From assembly GCA_012295275.1 (NCBI GenBank), contig CM022677.1, positions 3,224,001 to 3,288,000 of the forward strand: a stretch of 64,000 nucleotides of DNA. Reading direction: 5' to 3'. Positions 42,188 to 55,465 of this stretch are shown here, piece after piece (position 1 is the first letter of the stretch; every line of letters starts with the position of its first letter). The translations under genes and the position numbers were made by a program. The stretch is from Chrysomallon squamiferum. Its lineage: Eukaryota > Animalia > Mollusca. Below the pieces are notes generated by a model. It searched no databases, had not been told where the DNA came from, and saw nothing but the letters and a program-made list of their open reading frames with translations.

Positions 42188-42875
42188 GTGCTGATTTATA
42201 CAGGTATTTGGAAGACGCGCCAGAGCGTGTTGTTGTCATCATCAGCGCTGACCTCGCACACACGCATCTCAGCACTGACCCATACGGCTACTCCAACGCA
42301 TCAGAGCCATTCGACCATGTAAGTACAACCAGTCAGTCGTGCTTGAACCTTTTAAAAATACTTTAAAATTTCACCAGAACAACTGTATCAAAGCAGATAT
42401 GTTTTGTAATAGCACCTGAATACATTTTTATATTTCCGATTAGTAGGTGTTAAATAGACTTATTTATTTGTTTTAATTAATGAATGAAACTGACTTTTGG
42501 GAGAATTTCTAAAACTATTTATGTTTAATGTTACGGGTAGGAAAGAACATGCTGCAACTGTTAGGTCTTCAGTGTTGAAAGACTTGTGTGATTAGTACAT
42601 AACTGATCACAGTTTGTTTTTGTTTCATTAATACAGTTGTCACGATGGTTCTCATTATTTGAATATTGGTGAGTGGGCAGCGACTCTGGACGGCATGTTG
42701 CTGTTGAACAGAGCGGCTGGACTAGTCGATCGCGCTGTCTTGTGGTTACACGGGTCTAGTCATGTTACATGGTATGTTAGAAACTGCCGGGCTGTCGTCA
42801 TGGTTACCAGAGGTTTTAGCAAACTATCACCCAAGTTACTATGGTATGATGGTAGCATCATTCTTTCAGAGATGA
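42188..42875 (+). pseudogene. LigB-like gene exons 3 (42188-42318) and 4 (~42666-42875), copy 2; exon 4 acceptor deleted and frameshifted
   Basis: Matches 14403-14533 and 14886-15101; GAATATTGGTGAG lacks the TTCAGGCTG acceptor; CG deletion shifts the frame. Confidence 0.85.
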
Positions 42876-43532
42876 AAACAAAATATTTCATATTGAAATG
42901 ATATAACAACAACAACGACAACAATAATAATAGTTCTAATAATTATCATGACGATGATAATGATGGTAATAATAAATAATAACAAGAATAACAATGGATA
43001 TTTAGCTGGGAAGCCGTTTTTTTTTTTTCGCTTCAGACTTCAGTTCCATTTTACATGTGCAGTGATCACACTTCTGTACTTGTATACTTCTTTTAACACA
43101 ACTTGCCTTTGATTTCGTCACTGACTGTGTCTGTAGACGTGTAGGCCTGTTCAGCTTTGATGCAGGCCTATCACACTTACAGGTAACACAGTGTTTCGGA
43201 TGCAGCGTTATCTACAACATGTTATTACAGCTTCGATGATGCTGAATTACGAAAGAAAAATGTGAGGCGCGGCCGCTGAAAAGGAGCTAAAGTAATACGC
43301 CATTATTACCTCAGATTTTCTCACTTACAAATCAACTTTTAATATTGATGATGATGATGATAATAAACATTGATGTTACTCGAAAGCAACCATGTAGTCT
43401 TCTATAAATCTGTTTTAAAGAAAGTTTTTCTAAAACAATGTATTGATACAAACTACTGTGATGCATCTCTTAACGTTTAATGCCCTTTGCCCATAAAAAT
43501 AACAAGAAAATAATGATAATAATGATGCTGCA

Positions 43533-43563
<31 letters not shown>

Positions 43564-43785
43564 ATGACAATGAGAAACAAATACATAAAAGAACAAAAAA
43601 CAAAAACAACATCAACAAAAAATTAACTATTGGGACAATTGAGAAAACCAACTCTTATAAATTAACAAGGCGATAATATAGATTTTTAATTCCTATCGAT
43701 TATCATTATATAAATAAATTACTATTTCCTTCAGATGTAATGCTGGTCTTTAAGGAAAAACACAGAAGGGCAGGTAACTCTAGAG

Positions 43786-45844
43786 CAGCGATTCCGAACG
43801 TGGGGCCTACGTCCTACTGGGGGGGGCAATTCAGTAATAATGGGGGGGGCAATATGAAAAATATAGTAATATCAACATTTTTATTTAATTTTACCCTATA
43901 TGGGTAAAAAGTATCAATTTATAGGGTAAAATTGTTAATACAAGGTAGCTCAGCGCAACAGCTTGTGCAATCTAGTCAAGTGTTCACCCATTAATGTTAT
44001 CGTGCATCTGGCATCAGCTATATGCTTTTGAGTACTTGCTGTTTGGGTTCATACCAGCGACTCATGATGAAAGGTTGCCTATGTGTGTGTTGTGCTACCA
44101 ATGTTTGACTAATGAATCCATGAAGAGAGGTCGTCTCGAAAATCATTTGAAGGCAAAACACAGTATTCATGTTAATTCAAAACTGGAGTATTTTAAATCC
44201 CTAAAGGAGAAGTTTGAATAAAGATCAACAATAAATTCATTGTTCTCTGCAAGAAGTGCAAGCAAGGATCGTGGTCTTGAGGCTAGTTATGAAATTTCTC
44301 TTCTCATAGCAAAATGTGGCAAAAATCATACAACAGGGCAGAATTTAATTAAACCCGCAAATATCAACTTTTCTGAAAGTAGTTCTTGAAAAAAATGACC
44401 AAGATCTCAAAAGCATGCCGCTCTGTAATAATACTGTTATTAACAGGATTGATGAAATGAGTTGTGATGTAGAAGTAGAACTTGTTGAAAAATTAAAATA
44501 TACAAATTTTTCAATATAGTTGGACGAATCAACTGTAAGAGATAGTTAAGCTCTGTTAATGGCCTATGTAAGATATGTTGATAATGGAGAATTTATTGAG
44601 GATATGCTATTTTGAGAAGCATTAGAAACCACCACTATTGCAATTGATATATATAAGAAATTAAAAACATATTTAGATGATAAGCAGATACCAATAGAGA
44701 ACATTATATCTTGTGCTGCAGACGGTGCTCCAGTGATGATGGGCAAGAAAAATGGAGTTTTAAAATTACTGAAAGACGACAATCCCCAAATGTTGTTAGT
44801 GCATTGTGTTATTCATAGACAGAATTTAGTTTCCAAAAAAGTTTCCCTTGTTCTAAACGAGACATTGAATGCAGTTATAAAATGCATCAACACTATAAAA
44901 GCTAATGCCAAATGTGAGCGTCTTTTCAAACAATTTTGCAAGGATAAAAATGCAGACTATGTAAGATTATTACTTCATAGAGATGTAAGGTGGTTATCAA
45001 AGGAGAATTACCTGAAAAGATTCATGGAATTATTTGATATTCTTAGTGTTCTTGGATGACAAACCTTATATGTCTCTGTTACTGACAGTTGATGGTAAAG
45101 CACTTGTCAGTTATTTAGCAGATATATTTGTTACTTGTCTTGTTATTGTGGAGCACTTAAAAAAAAATGGTACGCGATTTCAACTTCAGATTTTCTGATT
45201 TGAAAGAAATTAATTATCCATCTTGGATGACTCGGCCATTGCTAGTGGATCTGTCAGATTAACCATGGAGTATCAAGGAGAACTTTCAGAATTACAAAAT
45301 GATGACTCGATTAAAGTCCTGTTCAAAATAAAAGAACAATGATGTGGCTCTGTGAAGAAACACAAGTTAGATATCCAAGAAAACTACTGTTACCATTCCC
45401 ATCGTCATACTTAGTGGAATGTGGATTTAGTGCTGTGAATGACTTATTACTGAAGAAAAGAAACCGACTGGATATGACTAAACGAGGCGACTTGAGATTG
45501 AAATTAACAAAATTTCTGACTCGGATAAAATCTCTTTGCAGTAGACATCAGGCTCAAGTGTCTCATTAAATGATTGTAATTGAATGTATTTAATCTGATG
45601 GTAGATATGTTATACACATTATAAAATGGATTTTATTTGATTAAATTGGAAGTTAAACCCTTTAGTTTTATTTGAAAGCTACAATTTTTTTATGTTATAC
45701 TTCTTCAAAACTGCTATTGTTATATCATACTAAACAATTAACTGATATTGTTATATCATACTAAACAATTAACTGATATTGTTATAAAAAAACAATTTGT
45801 GATAAAAAAGTGGGGCATGGTACTAAAATGGATGGGAACCACTG
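43786..45844 (+). mobile_element. Complete-ended hAT (Buster/Charlie-type) transposon, 2059 bp, decayed transposase
   Basis: TIRs CAGCGATTCCGAA / ATGGGAACCACTG; perfect 8-bp TSD CTCTAGAG (43778-43785, 45845-45852) matching the Charlie NTCTAGAN preference; transposase fragments as in copy 1. Confidence 0.95.
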
Positions 45845-45885
45845 CTCTAGAGTCATATGATTTAAGAACGAAATAGAAAGTCGAG

Positions 45886-46340
45886 ATGTGTTTCGCAATT
45901 GTGATTGTGTTTTTCACATCACTTGATTTATCTTTCTCCAAACTACTGGCCGGGTTCGTTCTGCCGCACGGCGGAATTGCTCTGGATCCGAAACATTTCA
46001 ATACAACCAACCACACAGCAAAACAAGAAGCGTGGAAAATTCACGAAGCCTGCAAATCAGTCGATCAGACGATTCTGTCTTTATCGCCCGATATACTTTT
46101 TCGGAGCACGCCCCATGGTATTTCTGACTTAAATAACGTTGTGTTCTATTTAAATCCCACAGGAGAAGGCTTTGCAGATACTGATAATTGCAACTGTCCT
46201 CCTTGTTGTTATAAAGTAACCGCTAATCTTTCTAGCCAACTTTCGGAAGACATCGTAAATAAATTTGGCTCTGCTCGGAATATTTCGGGATTAAGCGGTT
46301 ATGGTCCACTCGATAAAAGCGATGAAGCATTTCCACTTAG
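45886..46340 (+). pseudogene. Exon 1 of LigB-like gene (signal-peptide-like N-terminus); donor site mutated
   Basis: MCFAIVIVFFTSLDLSFS-KLLAGFVLPHGG...PDILFRSTPHG...FPLR; expected AG|GT donor reads AG|GAGAGA. Confidence 0.75.
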
Positions 46341-46723
46341 GAGAGAAATACCATGCATGTAAAAATTAGCATAAACACTTCTTTCTTAAATTAGCATAGA
46401 CTAATAATAATGACAGTAAGAAAACATTATCCTATAAAAATATAGTTATTGATACACCAATTTCTGTTTTCGATTAATGCAAAGCCTCACAAAAGACTGA
46501 GGACCCACAATATGCAGTTTTCCAAACGTACAGTACATAAAAATTATATATTTATTTGCAATCCTATTGATAATATATTATATAGAAATGTTTCTATATA
46601 TTTTATCCCAAAACTGACATTATTTATAAATACTCTTGTAAAGTAGATTCACACAATTTTTTCTTTTAAATTTCATTTTCTTGTATTCATTTTGTTACAT
46701 ATTTATTTATTTATTTATTTATT

Positions 46724-46756
<33 letters not shown>

Positions 46757-46768
46757 GCACATATTAAG

Positions 46769-46893
46769 ATGGGGAGAAGTCATACCACTTCATTTGATAC
46801 CAGATCTGGAAAACACAAAAGTTGTAATTCTCTCGAAGCCCAGCAGACGATATACACATGATGTTGCCATGATACCAGAACTTCTCCATTTAG
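46769..46893 (+). CDS. Exon 2 of LigB-like gene
   Basis: TAAG|A TGG GGA acceptor, TTA G|GTATTT donor; WGEVIPLHLIPDLENTKVVILSKPSRRY...ELLHL; phases fit exons 1 and 3. Confidence 0.8.
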
Positions 46894-49215
46894 GTATTTC
46901 ACTGTTTGTCTGTATGTCTGTAAAAATTACATACGATTTGTAAACATTAGTTTATTGGTTATGTAAAATGCCCTCGTCGCAGATTTGAGTTTCCTGCTTT
47001 TAATTTTTTTTTTTTTTTACTTTATCAATATTTTGTAACAACTTTTGGACACCAAATGGATTATCGAAACGAGTTAAATCGAACAAACAAACAACAACAA
47101 AGATAACAAATAATAATAAGGAACAAATTAAAAAAATAATAAATAAAAATAAAAGTCTAATGACCTCATTTCACAGGAAGATATTATTAAAATTTTCTTG
47201 AAGAGATTAAAAAATAGATGGTTATTAATAATAAAATTATTTATCTGCTGGCATGTCTATGTAAAAGAATGTCATCAAATCCTGTTCGTAGTTTAAAAAG
47301 AAAGAAAACAATTGTCAAAATTAAACGAAATATAGTTTATCCCAAAACTGTTTTTATAAATACCACTCTGTTTGCAGTCTTATTAGTAACTGTATATACT
47401 AACAGTTTATTTATTTATTTATTTATTTAATTTCTGTCATTTATCTTGATATAGTGTCACGGAATTCAGATTGCTTCTGGAAAACTTTAAAAGTTGTTAC
47501 TTCAAATCACATCCGCTCTTTATTATTTTAAGATATGGAATTGAAATTGGTATTTCACTTTATGTGTGTATTATTACTACAATCACAACATTAGTTTTAT
47601 TGTTTCCCTCGTCAAATTTTTGAACTCCATTTTATTTTTATTTAAAAATTTTGGCTTTTAGTAATTAAATGGATTATCGAAACGAGTTAAATCGAAAAAA
47701 CAAACAACGACGAGAAATTCAGTCAGGAACAAATAAAAAATAAAAAATTTCGAATGACATTTTTTTTACGGACGAGTATGGTAAAATTGTCTTTCTTATT
47801 TTGATAGGGTGTAATGGTTATTAACCTGTGTCAAATATCTTCATTTATTGTATGGTAAAATTTAAAGGTTTTTTGATCTCTCCTCCTTGCAGATTCTTAT
47901 TTTGTCTTGGTTCCCTTTATAACCTTCTTGGTTCTCTTTATAACCGTACTCGTAGCATTAATCAAAATGATTTAAACGTATGTTTTATAATGTATTATTA
48001 TCAAGTCACCTATTAAATAATTAATGTAAACCTTAGCTTGTATAGTGGATAGGTAGAGTTATTGATTTATATAGTTTGATGTCATTTTAGCGTTTATATT
48101 CCTTGTTAGGTGTCCATTAAAGCACCTTGTTACCGTACACTGAGCCTTAATAAAACATCCAAGGTGTTTAAAGGTGCGAGCCCCGTGACAGTCGTCTCTT
48201 TATAACACTCCACAGTGAACCATCATAACACATTTGTGAACAGCAGTATTTAAACATACTCTAATTAATACGCATTGTAAAATTACCCGATTTATACCAT
48301 CAGCCAGTTTCATTCATCTGCAGTCATAAAGCAAACCAGTTTTCGTTTTGTGTCGTATTTCATCAGTAAAGATTGTATTTTCTACGTAGCTATATTTAAA
48401 ACAAAGTAAAATAAAAATAACCGTCACTGCTATTCAGCTTGGTACGGTGTGACAACCTTATTAGTGCCTCTTTGTCAGACTTGCTTTTTATTTGTAATTT
48501 TGTTTTCTTTGTCGTGAATTATAGAATTTTTACTAAATCTTTATTTTTATATGCCATTAAAGCAGAATGTCTGCTACATTTTATCTTAAATATCTTATTA
48601 TATTACGATAATATTTATTTAGCTATCTTGTATAATCATGTTTATAATTTATATTTTTACAGTCCTTAACTCTTTACATAATTAATGACAGAAAATAGGG
48701 TTAAATAGACAAAAACTAAAGAGCAGAGCGTATGCAGATGTATATGGGCTATTTAGAAGCTGTATTATATAATTAGGTGAAGTTCCGTTATTTTATAAAC
48801 TAAGAAACACTGGGGTTTAAGTAACTCAAGATTGGTATTAAAAGCTTCAAAGTAAATTCAGAAAGGCTATCTGCAGAGTTGTAGCTATTGGTGTATAAGT
48901 AGTCAAACGCGTTTTGAACGAGATCTCTTTGATCAGTCAGATTCGCTCCAGATTCGCTCCAAAGTTTTCGTTTTACTACATAAGGAATAATTGTTGAATT
49001 TTCTCACTGGGGATTGCCTTTCATTCATTCCTGCAAATTCGCCCAGATTCGCTCCAAAGTTTCCGTTTTACTACTCAAGGAATACTTGTTGAATTGCCTT
49101 TCATTTATTCCTGCCAATTCGTTCCATTTGTGTGCACTTGATGCGAATACTTGGGAAAAGCGCCTTTAGGATTACGTTATACACGATCGCCAAACAGCAA
49201 AAGTAATTGAGATCT

Positions 49216-49311
49216 GACCAATCAACGACGAGGTAGCGTCAGCTAATAGAAATCCAGTCTCAAACAACAACCGGTCGACCAATCAAATTCGAGATATCTC
49301 CAACCAATCAG
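49216..49311 (+). promoter_or_regulatory. Cluster of three CCAAT boxes in LINE B 5' UTR
   Basis: GACCAATCA (49216), GACCAATCA (49277), AACCAATCAG (49302), all matching the NF-Y core RRCCAATCA. Confidence 0.5.
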
Positions 49312-49656
49312 AATCCACAGTCCCAACAGCAACCCGACGAGGGAAGGAACAAGCATTACTGCTAGCAATCGGGGATTATTTGTTTATCTGTTAAATTTCC
49401 CAAATTAGGATTCCACTTCAATTTCGAACTTAGAACATTCGACATCAAATTTGGTAAGAAAAGGAATCCTATCATCCCAGCACGTCATAATCACTTTCCC
49501 AGCACGAAACTTTAAAACTCCCTCTTATCTCTCCATTTATCAACCTCAAACCCTCTCCCCCAGTGCTAATTTTGTCAAATATTTTAAATTTGTGTATTCT
49601 AACTGTATTAATTTCATATATATAAATCTATATATATATATATAATTATTATTTAA

Positions 49657-51500
49657 ATGTTAAATCCAACCTGTCCAATGCCCCAGACTGTAACCAAATC
49701 TTCAACTGGACCACAAATGTCCCAACCGGTCTGACCACCATTCCGGAGTCCCCACAACAAAAAAAACAAAAATAAAAAAAACAAAAATAAAAAAAGGAAA
49801 ACCCACCCAACTGTCCAATCCCCCCCAGAACAGGTTCCAGTCAGCACATCAAACAGATTTTCAGCCCTGGACATGCTGAGCATTGCTGTTCCCCAACAGG
49901 GCTCGCACAAATCCCTCAAACTGTCCGCCAGTCCCCCTAGGCCCGCTAAGTCCCCAATCCCCGGACTGAGACGGGTCTTTTTTAATAAAAGAAACCCGTC
50001 TATATACGAAGCCATCTTCTTCCACCAGTCCGTCTCGCGACTGTTGGACGACACATTATTCCACACCCGGCTGTCTGATGAGATCACCTTCATCAGGGCC
50101 GAGTCGGACAGCTCACTCATCAAACTGGGTACAAGCATGGAACTGATGCCCAACCCCATAGAGTGTCAAAAGGTGTGTGTCACACTAGAGAGGTGTACCA
50201 AGGAACCTCATGAAAGGAGAGGACCCACACCCGCAAAACCCACAAATGCCGATACCCCAAACGGACAGGATTACTCGCAGGACAAAACAAGTAGCCAAGC
50301 CATCCATAGACAAATGGACAAGACGGTGGCTTACGGCACCTGGGGGGAATGCACTTTCACTGCAGAACCCCTAAAACAGACAAATATAAAAAAAAAGAAA
50401 AAAAAAGAAACAGAAACTAGTCACGGAAACAACAAAACAGACACCAAACAGAAACGATTTCTTAGCAACACCAACCAAAACAAATCCGACAACACGGAGA
50501 CAAATACAAGCACCGACATGACAACCCCACGAAACAAACTCCCCAACACTCCCCCAAAGTAGTAATCAACACAGAGGAGTTTCCGCTCCTCACCCTAACG
50601 CCGGGAAGACCCTGGCCAAGAGATTTCCTACACACAAACGTACCACCAACTGGACGGGCAAACTCCACACCTCAACAACAAAAGAACACCCCACAAAAAA
50701 AAAACCCACTACACAACACAATGGGTACACGCAACAGCAACAACAACCACCACAACAACAGACCACTCCTTAAGAAAACTGATAAAAATAAAATCGGGCA
50801 AAACAAATACTAGAAACGCTAAAGAAAGAAAACCCAGACGTGATGATTCAGAACATCACGATCTGGAACAACGGCTACTGGGATGTGCTTCTGTCTGCCA
50901 CAACAGAAGCAGAGCACATCCTTTTCCACCAGAAACAATTCAAACTGCTGGCCTTTGAGGCACACCCCATAAAATGCGCCCAGTGCCAGAGATGGGGACA
51001 TAATATAAAAAAATGCAGGTCGATGAGGGGACACCCAGCTTGTTTCAGATGATGGGGCAGACACCCCAAGAAAACGCCAGACAACCCGTGCTGTCAACCC
51101 ATCCAGTGCGCAAACTGCAACGGCCGACACCACACACACACAGCCACCTATGTGCGGCCTACAACAAGGCACTCAGACACCTGGAGGCCAAAAACACACA
51201 CACAACTAGAACCCCTCACTCGTCAGCCACACACTCATACATACCAGCCCCCAGGACAAACACAACACAAACACAACTAGGCGCACTAAACAACAAAGAT
51301 AGCCCAGTGACAGCCCTCCAGCTACTCAGAGTTGTCACTGGCCTATTCCTAGACGGATCCCTGCGGAACCCCAACCCCAACCCCAATAACAGATCGGATG
51401 CAGACATAAAGAAAGCCACTGTGGCAGCATGTCAGACAGAAACACCTGGGAGAACCGCTGTAACTTGACACTGTGCTCACACAATCAATGAATTACCACC
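49657..51500 (+). pseudogene. LINE B ORF1 (gag-like, zinc knuckles), frameshifted
   Basis: CAQCQRWGHNIKKC, ACFR, CANC..H motifs spread over ORFs 49873..50562, 50840..51052 and 51013..51468. Confidence 0.75.
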
Positions 51501-51595
51501 AAAACAACATCAAAACCGAGAACACCAAACAAGTGAAATAAACACATCCAAAATACACGCAATCTCCAAGGCTACCAAACTCCTACACATCACAC

Positions 51596-54500
51596 ATGGG
51601 AGACAAACAAAACATTAAACATAAACAAGCTAAAGGCCTTAACATCCTAGAGTGGAATGCCAAAGGCCTCAAATCAAGAGGTCATGGCGACGAACTCAAA
51701 CACTATATAATTAACACTATACAGATAGACATAATACGCATACAAGAAACCTGGATCACCAACACACAAACACGGAAGAATCAACTCTTCCAAAACTTTA
51801 ACATTCCAGGATTCTTTGGCTTCTTTCACAGCACTAACTGCACCACGAGAGGAGGAGTAGCAACTTATGTCAGAAATGAACTATCCTACTCACGTATCCC
51901 ACTAACCAATAACCACCCCAACATAGAGACACTTGGTATAACAATCCATGGCCAGACTGAAGACATTAACGTTTTCAACTACTACACCCACCCAGGCAAA
52001 AACCATTACAACATAGCACTAGAACACAACACTAAAGGCATTCCCTCTAAATATATCGACAACTCCGTCATACTAGGGGACTTCAACAGCAGAAACCACC
52101 TATGGGGATCCTCTAGTACATGCAAACAGGGAACCATCATCGAAACATTTACGGATCTTAACAAACACATATGTCTGAACGATGGCACGCCAACCTTCCT
52201 ATCAGACGTATACAAAACCTGGTCATGCCTTGATATCTCAACAGTGTCTGAAAAAATAGCCTCTAAATGTGAATGGACAGTCCTTAACAATCTCAATAGC
52301 GATCACCTACCAATACTAATCTCATACAACACTGAAAATAACTGGAAAGAGGTACCAATAAACAAACACAAATGGAACTTCACGAAAGCCAACTGGACTG
52401 AATTTAAAAAACAAAGTCTGGAAACAGATCCCAAACTCATTCGAAGCAATTATATTGACACTTTTAACCAAAATTTAACTGACAGAATAATTAGCATTGC
52501 CAATAAAACTATTCCAAATTCTAATTGTAAATACAAAAATAATTCAGTCCCTTGGTGGAGTGAAGAACTAAAACTCCTTACAAAGGCACGCAACAAACAT
52601 CGCAAAACATACCAAAAAAAAAATAACTCAGCAACCAACCTCGCGAACCTCAAAATTAGTAAAACAAAGTCTCACAAGCCGTGCTGCATGACAAAAATAG
52701 AATCGTGGAAAACCTTCTGCACCTCTATCAACAAAAACACGTCTAGTAAGGAAATTTGGGCCAAAATTAAACGCATACAAGGGAAACCAATTAGCAAGAA
52801 CACACTACTAGTCCGCAACAAAAACTTCCATACAAACAAAGAGAAGACCGCTGCTCTGGGAGATGTCTTTAAACACAACTCGAGTACAAACAACTTTCCC
52901 CCCAAATTTAGAAAAATTTAAAATAAATTAGAAACAGTCAACAAAATCCCTCCTGACTCAAAAACCTCAGGAAAAAAATACAATATTCCCTTCACACTCC
53001 AAGAAATGACAGCGGCTTTCTCCGACCGTAAAGGAACAGTCCCCGGGCCAGACAAATTCTCCTACCTTTTCTTTCAAAACATGCCCACAGACATGCTAAA
53101 TCTATTTCTGGAACTCTATAACACTATCTGGAAGGAAGGATACCTTCCCCTCAAATGGAAGCATGCTGAAGTCTTCAGCCTTCCAAAACAGGGTAAGGAC
53201 CTTTCCAACCCCTCCAACTATCGTCCTATCTCACTAACGTCCTGTGTCTGCAAAACCATGGAGGCTATGGTCAGCACACGCTTAACACACCTTCTGGAAA
53301 AAAACCACAACTAATTTCGACCTTTCAAAGTGGCTTCAGAAAGAACCACTCCACAAGCGACCACATAACCAGATTACAATCTGAAATCTCCAAATCTTTG
53401 TTTACTGGACAAAAAGTGGTAGGAGTGTTTGTTGACATAGAAAAAGCCTATGATATGGTCTGGAGACATGGTCTTCTAATCAAAGTCTACAACATGGGCA
53501 TAAGAGGCCCTATGTTCGGCTTTATAGAAGCATTCTTGAAAAACAGATCCTTTACGGTCAATGTAGACGAAAACTTCTCAGACAGCTTGGATTTGGAGAA
53601 TGGGATCCCCCAGGGTTCAGTTATCGCCCCTACTCTTTTTAGCATTTTTATTAATGACCTAGCACATACTCTAGCCACTAACTCGAAAACTGCAACTAAG
53701 CTTAGTATAGGACTATTTGCGGATGATACAGCCTTTTGGCGTGCTGGAAACTGTCTTAAACAAATCAAAACAGATATGCAAAAAGACTTAAATAACTTAC
53801 AAAAATGGGCGGAAACCTGGGGAGTCACTATCTCCCAATCCAAGACTGTCACCATAACCTTTGGGAGAAAAGCTAACAATAAACATAATAAAATAGACCT
53901 GCATTACAACAACACAAAAATCCCACAAGTAAACGCAGTCAAATTCCTGGGAGTCACCTTCGACAGGTGCCTTACCTTCAAACAACACATCACCAACACA
54001 CTCAACACATGCACAAAATACATGAATTTACTGAAAGTGCTTTCGAACGCCAAATGGGGAGCTGACAGAAAATCTCTCTTGATGGTGTTCGAAGCACTAG
54101 TAGTGTCAAGACTCCAGTATGGGTCCCAGGCGTTCAGCGTGTGTCTGAATACCAACTAAACCGACTAGACACGGTATACAACAAGGCACTAAGAATTGTT
54201 GCCAGGGTCTTCCCAGGCACACCGACGGACAGTCTGTTTGTGGAACTGAACATGCTACCGCTGCGAACCCGACGCAGCACACAGTGTCTCAAACACTGGT
54301 TCAAAATCAAAAATCTAATCCCCACCCATCCTATAAACACAATAATCCCAAACAACCTACCCTACATCAACGACAGAGAAGCATCACTTAACATCACACA
54401 CAGGACAGCAAACAGACTAAACCTACTGGACCTAGAACTCGAAAACAACCCTCCACCCTTAGAACCCCCATGGACAATAAAACAACTAGACATACCTCTA

Positions 54501-55465
54501 ACGCTTAGACAGGAAGTATCGAAGACGGAACACGACCCATTTAAAAACGTAATTTTTAGAGCAGCATTAAGCGACCACTACTCGGACTTCATACAGGTCT
54601 ATACAGACGGCTCCAAAGACCCTCTCACGGGAAGAACCGGCATGGCCTTTCATGTCAGGCCGGAACTACCCGACCCACCCTTCAACTACAGAAGTAGACT
54701 GCCTACCAATCTATTCATCTTTACTACGGAACTAATAGCTATTCTCTCAGCACTTAAATGGGTACTAACTCGCAAACACGAAAAAAAAAATACCTCATAC
54801 TGACTGACTCCCTCAGCTCATTGCAAGCTCTGCACAAACTCAAATTCAGCAGCTCCCAGTACATTAGAGAGATTATCGAACTCACAAACTGTATCAACTA
54901 CAGAGGACACAAGGTCACCTTCGAGTGGGTACCCGCTCACGTGGGTGTTACTGGAAACGAGCTGGCAGACAAAAACGCAAAACACTCGCTAGAAGACGAC
55001 ACGATCGACTTTGACTCTAAATACAACGTTAACGAAATCATGACCATAGCGCACAATAAGCTAATAGAATCGTGGCAACAAGACTGGGACAACAAAACTA
55101 GACTATGGCATTACATAATTAAACCGAAAGTAAACTCGCCCAGCCCACTCTCAGACAACAACAAAACAACTCAAACTTTAACCCGTCTCAGAGTGGGAGT
55201 GACCTTCGGACTAAACGACAGCAGACACAGACTCGACAACACTGTGAGTAACAAGTGCGGCACATGCCATAAACTGGACAATGTCAGACACTATCTGTTC
55301 TATTGCACGAAGTACGACAAGGACAGACGCAAACTAAACACAGCTTTAACAAACATCAAAGTCAGATTTACTCCAGTTGACATTTTCAACTCTCCCAAAC
55401 ACTTAAAAAAACAAGTAGACAACCTCATAATGCGATACGTGGAAGCAACAAAAATCAAAATATAA
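51596..55465 (+). pseudogene. LINE B ORF2 (APE-RT-RNase H-CCHC), several frameshifts/stops
   Basis: ORFs 51596..52921, 53006..53314, 53398..54159 (FVDIEKAYD, PQGSVIAP, LFADD), 54141..54803 (YTDGSK), 54758..55465 (WVPAHVGVTGNELAD, CGTC..HYLFYC). Confidence 0.93.
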
